From IMG/VR virus record IMGVR_UViG_2657244986_000002: 18,337 nt of DNA; one strand, given 5' to 3'. This stretch comes from a virus. Lineage: Duplodnaviria > Heunggongvirae > Uroviricota > Caudoviricetes. This document shows, piece by piece, positions 1 through 5,616 of this stretch. The notes below the pieces were generated by a model. That model did not search any database. It saw only the letters and a program-made list of their open reading frames with translations, and was not told the DNA's origin. Every line of letters begins with the position of its first letter. The stretch's first letter is position 1. A program made the position numbers and the translations under genes.

Positions 1-16
1 ATATCAGGTGGATAAT

Positions 17-730
17 ATGCCATACATATGTTCTATCATTTTGGTGTTGAACTCGTTTGGTGTCCGAATTGGTAAAGAAGATATTTTGTTTAAAAAAGGA
101 AATGCTGTCCTCATTGAATACAATTTAAAAGATCTTTTTTCGTCAAATACAGATCATCTAATGATCGTAGATGTTGAGGAGAAAACAGTTAATGATTTCT
201 TTAAAAACTACACACTCTCACCTTTTTCTGTAAGAAGGTTTTATCCGTCATACTTGATAGTAGAATGTGAAGATTTTTCATTGTTAAAGAACTTGGTTGC
301 ATGCTTGAATTGTGATAGCAAAACCGTGGATGTAGTTAGAAATCAAATATCACTTGCATGTCTTGCTGTCTTATCTTCAGAGAAAATAGTGCAAAGTTTT
401 TTGTTCGGAAGTCTTAATAGCTTAGGTTGTAAAGTTAAGGCTATTATTCACTCGGATATCTCAGCGTCATGGAGACTTTGTGATATATCTTCAAGATTAT
501 ATATGAGCGAGAGTTTGTTAAAAAGAAAATTAAAAGACGAAGGATTATCGTTTAGTAAATTAATTCTTGAAGAACGAATGATGATGGCGCAAAGATTATT
601 GATCTACAGTAACCATACTGTCGGCAAGGTGGCGGGAATATGCGGGTATGACAATGCATCATATTTTGTAAGTGTTTTTAGAAGATATTTTGGTGTGCCT
701 CCGCACCAATATTTATCAAGATTTTCTTAG
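17..730 (+). CDS. AraC/XylS-family transcriptional regulator (AppY/YdeO/GadX-like), phage cargo gene
   Basis: C-terminal AraC-type HTH signature in the translation (...GICGYDNASYFVSVFRRYFGVPPHQYLSRFS); N-terminus and C-terminal half resemble my recollection of AppY-type regulators. Gene is visibly AT-rich compared with the structural genes. ATG at 17 is preceded by GGTGGA; an in-frame GTG at 8 is an alternative start. Terminator-like hairpin follows. Confidence 0.8.
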   Translation: MPYICSIILVLNSFGVRIGKEDILFKKGNAVLIEYNLKDLFSSNTDHLMIVDVEEKTVNDFFKNYTLSPFSVRRFYPSYLIVECEDFSLLKNLVACLNCDSKTVDVVRNQISLACLAVLSSEKIVQSFLFGSLNSLGCKVKAIIHSDISASWRLCDISSRLYMSESLLKRKLKDEGLSFSKLILEERMMMAQRLLIYSNHTVGKVAGICGYDNASYFVSVFRRYFGVPPHQYLSRFS

Positions 731-798
731 AAGATATGATGTGATGGCATTTTATAAAGTTATTTTTTGAAGTGTAAGATTATACGATATTTTTAGCT

Positions 799-830
799 AC
801 GCCAGAATAATTGCTGGCGTTTTTCTTTTT
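799..830 (+). terminator. Rho-independent terminator candidate after the AraC-family gene
   Basis: Inverted repeat ACGCCAG ... CTGGCGT (7-bp stem, about 8-nt loop) followed by TTTTTCTTTTT. Confidence 0.6.
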
Positions 831-920
831 GAATAGATGTTCGGGCCTTACGCTAATGTAACTTCTTTCCTTCTTCGAACCAAACCGTGTACACCATCCG
901 TTATCTGCGGAGGTGAGGCT

Positions 921-1136
921 ATGAAATCCATGGATAAGTTAACAACGGGCATCGCCTACAGCACCTCTGCAGGCAGTGCTGGCTACTGGTTTTTACAGTT
1001 GCTCGATAAAGTCACACCCTCACAGTGGGCGGCAATAGGTGTATTGGGTAGTCTGGTATTTGGCATGCTGACGTATCTGACAAACCTTTATTTCAAGATT
1101 AAAGAAGACAGGCGTAAGGCTGCGCGGGGAGAGTAA
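921..1136 (+). CDS. Class II holin, phage 21 S-type pinholin with dual start (Met1-Lys-Ser-Met4)
   Basis: Translation [71 protein letters not shown] closely matches the phage 21 pinholin as I remember it: 71 aa, two TM segments, charged C-terminus. GAGGTGAGG lies just upstream of the ATG. The ORF-track 837 start is an unsupported N-terminal extension. Confidence 0.9.
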   Translation: MKSMDKLTTGIAYSTSAGSAGYWFLQLLDKVTPSQWAAIGVLGSLVFGMLTYLTNLYFKIKEDRRKAARGE

Positions 1137-1140
1137 TTCA

Positions 1141-1761
1141 ATGACTCAAAACTATGAACTGGTTGTGAAAGGAGCCCGCAATTACGAGGATAAAGTTGCG
1201 GTAACTGTAGCATTACAGGACAAAGAACGCTTTGACGGTGAAATTTTTGACATGGTCATCACCATGGACTGTGTTGAAGGTGCCGCGCTGGAGTTTTATG
1301 AGGCAGCAGCCAGAATGAGCGCCAGGCAGGTCTTCCTGGGAGTGTCAGAAAAATTGTCAGAAAAAGTTGAGTCTTATCTGCAGCATCAGTACTCCATTAA
1401 GATTGAAAATCCTGCCAATAAACACGATCGTCCTCATCTTGCGGGTTATGGTAGTGCAGTTAAAACCAGCACCGGGCGCGCAGAGCAGGAAAAAAACGCC
1501 GTGGATGACATAAGTCGTGCGGTGGTTACTGTGGAGTTTCCGGGGCACGTGGCGTCAAGAGTGAAAGTTGGGAATGGTGGTGCTCCTGTGCTGACGAAAA
1601 TAATCGGCAGCAAGGTCAGTGTCTGGCTTGATGATGAAGAAGTGTTGTCGCTTATGTACAAAGAAGATTACGACCCGGTAATAACAACTTTCAGTGATCA
1701 CGAAGCAAGGGCAAGAGAGTACGCTTTATCGGTATTTGCAGCGATGCGAGCCGGGAATTAG
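1141..1761 (+). CDS. Hypothetical phage protein between holin and endolysin (possibly YdfR/DUF1327-related)
   Basis: 206-aa ORF starting 4 nt after the holin stop, same strand, no TM segment evident. The N-terminal ~100 aa resembles what I recall of small proteins found between holin and lysozyme genes in cryptic E. coli prophages; the family assignment is tentative. Confidence 0.6.
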   Translation: MTQNYELVVKGARNYEDKVAVTVALQDKERFDGEIFDMVITMDCVEGAALEFYEAAARMSARQVFLGVSEKLSEKVESYLQHQYSIKIENPANKHDRPHLAGYGSAVKTSTGRAEQEKNAVDDISRAVVTVEFPGHVASRVKVGNGGAPVLTKIIGSKVSVWLDDEEVLSLMYKEDYDPVITTFSDHEARAREYALSVFAAMRAGN

Positions 1762-1814
1762 CGACAACACCGTCACGAAAATGAGAAAGTACCTGCCACT
1801 CCTTATAAATATCT

Positions 1815-2348
1815 ATGAGCGCAAAAATCAAATACGGTCTGTCAGCTGCCGTTCTGGCGCTGATTGCTGCAGGCGCATCTGCTCCTCAGATACTTGACCA
1901 GTTTCTGGATGAAAAAGAAGGTAATCACACAACGGCATACCGTGATGGTTCTGGCATATGGACCATCTGTCGTGGTGCCACAATGGTGGATGGTAAGCCC
2001 GTCATACCGAGAATGAAGCTGTCGAAGGAAAAATGCGACCAGGTTAACGCTATTGAACGTGATAAGGCGCTGACATGGGTGGAGCGCAATATTAAAGTAC
2101 CACTGACTGAACCACAGAAAGCGGGTATCGCCTCATTTTGTCCCTATAACATTGGCCCAGGTAAGTGTTTTCCGTCGACATTTTATAAGCGGCTGAATGC
2201 TGGTGATCGAAAAGGCGCCTGCGAGGCGATTCGCTGGTGGATTAAGGATGGTGGCAGAGACTGCCGTATTCGTTCCAATAGCTGCTTCGGGCAAGTTTCG
2301 CGTCGGGACCAAGAAAGTGTGCTGGCGTGCTGGGGGATAGACCAGTGA
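1815..2348 (+). CDS. SAR endolysin (phage lysozyme, T4-lysozyme/R21-like)
   Basis: N-terminal Gly/Ala-rich weakly hydrophobic segment ([18 protein letters not shown]) typical of a signal-arrest-release domain, followed by a lysozyme core with a catalytic E...D...T arrangement ([16 protein letters not shown]); overall resemblance to phage 21 R. An in-frame TAA just upstream fixes the start. Confidence 0.9.
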   Translation: MSAKIKYGLSAAVLALIAAGASAPQILDQFLDEKEGNHTTAYRDGSGIWTICRGATMVDGKPVIPRMKLSKEKCDQVNAIERDKALTWVERNIKVPLTEPQKAGIASFCPYNIGPGKCFPSTFYKRLNAGDRKGACEAIRWWIKDGGRDCRIRSNSCFGQVSRRDQESVLACWGIDQ

Positions 2349-2353
2349 ATAAC

Positions 2354-2866
2354 ATGTTTGCTAATGCTTGGTTGAAAGTTGCCACGGTTTCGGCTCTCCT
2401 CATTGCCTCATTTGTTGCAGGGAGTGTGTGGACGGAACGAGCATGGGAAAAGAAATGGGCGGATCGTAATAGTGAAGAATCCTCTCAGGCTGTGAACGCT
2501 CAGATAGCTGCTCGTATGATTGAACAAGGGCGAGTGATCGCTCGTGATGAGGCTGTTAAAAATGCACAAGAACAGGCTGCAAAAGCGGCTGCGAATGTTG
2601 CTGGCCTGTCTGCCACTGTTAACCAGCTGCGCACCGAAGCAACAAAACTTACCGTCCGCTTGGACGCTGCAAAGCACACCTCAGGTCTTGCCGTTGCCGT
2701 CGGAAGCAAAACAACCGCCACCAACGCCGCGATGCTTGCCGACATGCTCGGAAGTATTGCAGAAGAAGCTAGATACTATGCTGGGCGAGCTGATGAAAGT
2801 TACTTGGCTGGAATGACATGTGAACACATTTACGGCTCAGTGAGGGACTCAAGTAGTGTTAAATAG
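2354..2866 (+). CDS. Rz-like i-spanin (inner-membrane spanin subunit)
   Basis: N-terminal TM segment ([20 protein letters not shown]) followed by a long Ala/Gln/Glu-rich helical region; sits immediately after the endolysin; contains an embedded +1-frame lipoprotein ORF. Start uncertain: GTG 2327, GTG 2345 or ATG 2354. Confidence 0.8.
   Translation: MFANAWLKVATVSALLIASFVAGSVWTERAWEKKWADRNSEESSQAVNAQIAARMIEQGRVIARDEAVKNAQEQAAKAAANVAGLSATVNQLRTEATKLTVRLDAAKHTSGLAVAVGSKTTATNAAMLADMLGSIAEEARYYAGRADESYLAGMTCEHIYGSVRDSSSVK
2595..2816 (+). CDS. Rz1-like o-spanin (outer-membrane lipoprotein) embedded in Rz in the +1 frame
   Basis: Internal ATG of the 2544..2816 ORF gives [12 protein letters not shown] with lipobox L-T-S-C, then a proline-rich mature region ([17 protein letters not shown]); wholly nested inside Rz as in lambda Rz/Rz1. 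Confidence 0.75.
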   Translation: MLLACLPLLTSCAPKQQNLPSAWTLQSTPQVLPLPSEAKQPPPTPRCLPTCSEVLQKKLDTMLGELMKVTWLE

Positions 2867-2916
2867 CTGGTATGATGATGTTGAGAAGGCGGCACAGCAG
2901 GAGCTGTAATCGACGA

Positions 2917-2931
2917 GTGCTAATCTAGCAC
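2917..2931. promoter_or_regulatory. Perfect palindrome GTGCTA-atc-TAGCAC just upstream of the predicted cargo promoter (possible operator)
   Basis: 6-bp perfect inverted repeat with 3-nt spacer, 8 bp upstream of the predicted -35; no following T-run, so not terminator-like. Confidence 0.3.
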
Positions 2932-2938
2932 AATTGAG

Positions 2939-2966
2939 TTCACAAATTGTCTACTTTTGCTATATT
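2939..2966 (+). promoter_or_regulatory. Sigma70-type promoter candidate for the two-gene cargo operon
   Basis: -35 TTCACA (2939-2944), 16-nt spacer, extended -10 TGcTATATT (TG at 2958-2959, hexamer 2961-2966); AT-rich context after the Rz stop. Confidence 0.45.
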
Positions 2967-2974
2967 GCAACCGA

Positions 2975-3034
2975 TGCCAACAGCCTTTTTTGAGCAAAAA
3001 TCATAAATGTTATCGTGTTGGCAGTTTTTTTCTT
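2975..3034 (+). promoter_or_regulatory. Structured leader: 8-bp inverted repeat TGCCAACA/TGTTGGCA enclosing an inner T5-GAGC-A5 hairpin, followed by a T-run (attenuator or upstream terminator)
   Basis: Arms at 2975-2982 and 3016-3023 are exact reverse complements; 33-nt loop contains TTTTTGAGCAAAAA; followed by GTTTTTTTCTTT ending about 20 nt before the gene A start. Confidence 0.35.
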
Positions 3035-3054
3035 TGACGACACGGAATGATTTT

Positions 3055-3477
3055 ATGTCAGAAGTAGCTGTTGAACTTGAAGAGGATTCTTGGCCTGATT
3101 TTTTCCCGGTTGGAGTACCGCCGAAATCAGCCGTCCCTGCTGAGGGCGAGTTTTTCCGTTTGGTAAGGTCTAATCCACCAACCCCTGCATGTTTCCTCTC
3201 TACACATGAAGAGTATCCGCAGCGGCACAAAAAGTATCGTGGGGAAGCACTTCAGTGTGTCTATGGAACATCATTCTTTTCAGAATCGCGCGGGGCTACG
3301 GATGCAAAAGCTAAATTTCCTGCAGCTCTTGGTCATCGACTCGTTGCTAGTGGTCAGATCACCCCCGTTTTCGGAGTAATGAAAAAAACATTTGCCGATC
3401 CAGCGCACTACACAATTTGGCTTAAGCGTAATTGTGCTATTCATGAACATTTTCACTGTATAGGAGAAGGCGTATGA
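3055..3477 (+). CDS. Hypothetical protein, gene A of two-gene cargo operon (unknown function)
   Basis: 140-aa ORF from the internal ATG of the 3007..3477 ORF (MSEVAVELEEDSW...); stop overlaps the start of the next gene (ATGA), implying translational coupling. No recognisable domain. C-terminus has C-x7-C with HEHFH between. Confidence 0.6.
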   Translation: MSEVAVELEEDSWPDFFPVGVPPKSAVPAEGEFFRLVRSNPPTPACFLSTHEEYPQRHKKYRGEALQCVYGTSFFSESRGATDAKAKFPAALGHRLVASGQITPVFGVMKKTFADPAHYTIWLKRNCAIHEHFHCIGEGV

Positions 3478-4766
3478 GTAACGTTTTTCTACCTAATACA
3501 ATGATGGGCACTCTATGTTACAAAAGAGTTTATGAGTTCTTCGAAGAGCCTCGCTTCTTTTCAGTTGAAAATGAAGTTAGTACACTTTTTATCGTTTACT
3601 GGATTGGTGAGGATGATGAATGTGATAGTTGGTTTATCATACCAATTTCTCCAGGGCGATTAGAGTTGATTGAAAGAAAAAGAATATGTATCCGTGATGC
3701 TTTGATTAATCAGGAGCAAAACTTTTTCTATGAAGCCCATATACCATACGATCGTACAGGCAAAGTGACTTGGCTGAGTAAAAACTTGGTTGATATATTT
3801 GAAATACCTTTGCCTGTTTCTGAACTATATATAAGTTCGGTAGTTCCAGTAATGCCAAATGGTAAACTGGGCGAGGCTATTACTTACTCAACTCATGAGA
3901 TCCATTTAGAAAAAAGCTCAAAGAAAAGTGCAAAAAATTTGGTTTTAAGTCATGTGTCAAACGTATGCGACAGATTCAGCGATCTTTATGACAGAATGCT
4001 GGAGATGGCAAAGTGCAAAGATAAATTACGTCCTGTCGATGCGCGGCCTGGTTCCTTTATCATTTCTTTTAAAGCTGAGAAATTACATTCCTTTGAAGAC
4101 ACTTTTAAAGAATTAAGCAGGCTGATAGAACTTAGAGCTGATATTATTCCTTTTGTTTTCGAAAAGGGTATTGATGTTCCAGCTTTGACAGATCTCTTAC
4201 AATCCATAGTTGAAACCGGAACGAATATGGAACTCAAAAGCAACCAGACAGGTGAATTAGCTTTTGTTATTACAAAAGCTGGTGCTGAGTTCTATTTAAA
4301 AAAATTATCACGTCTTTCTACCTCATTGGTTGGAGGGCATCAAATACCTCAAGCAGATGTCCTCGAGACAGTTTATAAATTAGTGGAAATTGTTTGGAGT
4401 GGCGAACCACTTACTCCTATTAATACTGGTTTGCAAGATAGACATATCTACTATTATAAGCATGCAGCTAAAGTTTTGGGATTACTTGATAGCTTTGGTA
4501 ATGTCACAACGTCTGGTCAACAACTCGTACAAAGTGATGAGATGACTAGACATAAAATTGCAGCGAGAAAATTTGAAGTGAGTCATGTGGGATGGGCTTG
4601 GATAAATTGGGCCAGTGTTGAACATTTATCCCAAATTGATCCTGACAGCGCTTTAGACTTTCTATTGGAGCAATGCCACTCTTTAAGTCGTGATACTATT
4701 GAACGACGTGCTACAACTATTAAACACTGGTGCCGTGAATTGAAAAATTATTATACACCTCTGTAA
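3474..4766 (+). CDS. Hypothetical protein, gene B of two-gene cargo operon (unknown function; candidate defense or accessory protein)
   Basis: 430-aa ORF with strong RBS AGGAGAAGG about 5 nt upstream; markedly AT-rich; no Walker A, TM segment or known catalytic motif visible by eye; followed by a clean terminator. Confidence 0.75.
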   Translation: MSNVFLPNTMMGTLCYKRVYEFFEEPRFFSVENEVSTLFIVYWIGEDDECDSWFIIPISPGRLELIERKRICIRDALINQEQNFFYEAHIPYDRTGKVTWLSKNLVDIFEIPLPVSELYISSVVPVMPNGKLGEAITYSTHEIHLEKSSKKSAKNLVLSHVSNVCDRFSDLYDRMLEMAKCKDKLRPVDARPGSFIISFKAEKLHSFEDTFKELSRLIELRADIIPFVFEKGIDVPALTDLLQSIVETGTNMELKSNQTGELAFVITKAGAEFYLKKLSRLSTSLVGGHQIPQADVLETVYKLVEIVWSGEPLTPINTGLQDRHIYYYKHAAKVLGLLDSFGNVTTSGQQLVQSDEMTRHKIAARKFEVSHVGWAWINWASVEHLSQIDPDSALDFLLEQCHSLSRDTIERRATTIKHWCRELKNYYTPL

Positions 4767-4793
4767 AGGATAATTTTCGTAGTTAACAATGAA

Positions 4794-4819
4794 CCACTGA
4801 CGTCTGTCGGTGGTTTTTT
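4794..4819 (+). terminator. Rho-independent terminator ending the cargo operon
   Basis: CCACTGAC-gtct-GTCGGTGG: 8-bp stem with one G-U pair and 4-nt loop, followed by TTTTTT; 27 nt after the gene B stop. Confidence 0.7.
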
Positions 4820-4884
4820 AATAGATAATTTCCCACTTATCCACTTGATTTTTGATGGGTCCTCCAAGTGGGGGGCCTGCCACG

Positions 4885-4901
4885 GGGCGGGAGCGTCGCG
4901 G
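4885..4901. other. Candidate cos site (cosN-like nicking region)
   Basis: GGGCGGGAGCGTCGCGG resembles the lambda cosN region GGGCGGCGACCTCGCGG as I recall it (identical flanks GGGCGG and TCGCGG), about 180 bp upstream of the Nu1-like gene. Not verified. Confidence 0.4.
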
Positions 4902-4947
4902 AAAAAGGCTAGTTTTTGCATTTCCATGGTGGCGGCAGCATGTTTGG

Positions 4948-4960
4948 TAATTTATTGATA
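4948..4960. promoter_or_regulatory. IHF-binding-site-like motif in putative cosB
   Basis: TAATTTATTGATA fits the complement of the IHF consensus WATCAANNNNTTR (YAANNNNTTGATW); lies about 50 bp downstream of the cosN-like sequence, as the I1 site does in lambda cosB. Confidence 0.35.
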
Positions 4961-5080
4961 ATTAAAAGTTATTTCTCTTTTCAGCTGTACAATATTTTTT
5001 TCTCCCTGTCATTAGACTAGTTTGCAATTAATTGAAATATATAAATAAACCTGATTTTCACCTGCCAGATGGAGTTGCTT

Positions 5081-5608
5081 ATGTCAAATGTGAGCGGGAT
5101 CGGTGATGCTTATTACTGGAGTGTTTTTAAAATCGCCGAGGCCTTTGGGCTTCACCGGGACACAGTAAAAAAACGGCTCCTCGCGGCCAACACTCCTGTG
5201 GCTGCGACTGTCAGGGGGAACCCCGTTTACGCCCTGCAGCATGTCGGGCCTGCCCTGTTTAGTGTGAAGCATGAGGCAGCAGACTCTGTTCATGATCCAT
5301 CCCGTATGGAGCCGAAAGAGAGAAAGGACTGGTACCAGTCGGAAAATGAAAGGATCAAGTTGGAAAAGGAGCAGCGAAAACTCATCCCCGTTGATGAAGT
5401 AGTCATCGTCTATTCGTCCATGAGAAAGGCTGTCGTCCAGGTTCTGGAGACAATTCCGGATGTTCTTGAACGCGATTGCGCCCTGACTCCTCAGGCCGTT
5501 GGCGTTGTACAGCAGGCCATTGATGACCTGCGATACACTCTTCAGGAAAAATCCTACGAGGCTTGTGCTGCTGAATTAATTCCTGATGAGGAAGGAGAGA
5601 GTCTCTAG
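5081..5608 (+). CDS. Terminase small subunit (lambda Nu1-like)
   Basis: Position directly upstream of the gpA-like large terminase and downstream of the cos-like sequence; N-terminal HTH-like region (YYWSVFKIAEAFGLHRDTVKKRL) and acidic C-terminus, as in Nu1. GGAG precedes the ATG at 5081; the ORF-track start 5069 is an alternative. Confidence 0.75.
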   Translation: MSNVSGIGDAYYWSVFKIAEAFGLHRDTVKKRLLAANTPVAATVRGNPVYALQHVGPALFSVKHEAADSVHDPSRMEPKERKDWYQSENERIKLEKEQRKLIPVDEVVIVYSSMRKAVVQVLETIPDVLERDCALTPQAVGVVQQAIDDLRYTLQEKSYEACAAELIPDEEGESL

Positions 5609-5616
5609 GAGGAATA

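Noticed and set aside
837-920. N-terminal extension of the holin ORF (ORF-track start at 837, 99 aa)
   Set aside because: Holin homology begins at MKSMDK (921), which has a good RBS and the dual-start motif; the upstream 28 codons overlap the AraC terminator region and have no support.
1357-1661. Minus-strand ORFs of 63 and 71 aa inside the 206-aa gene, and the + strand 1694..1897 ORF
   Set aside because: Short, fully nested in or overlapping better-supported + strand genes, no RBS context; typical antisense or frame-shadow ORFs.
2940-3230. Minus-strand 96-aa ORF overlapping the cargo promoter and gene A start
   Set aside because: Overlaps the predicted promoter and leader and the 5' end of gene A on the opposite strand; no RBS; gene A is translationally coupled to gene B, which favours the + strand reading.
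3474-4766. Possible HEPN-like R-x5-H (RKFEVSH) in gene B and HExxH (HEHFH) at the C-terminus of gene A
   Set aside because: Both are short motifs expected by chance in proteins of this size; the HExxH lies 9 residues from the C-terminus with no downstream third ligand. Not enough to assign a nuclease or metalloprotease function.
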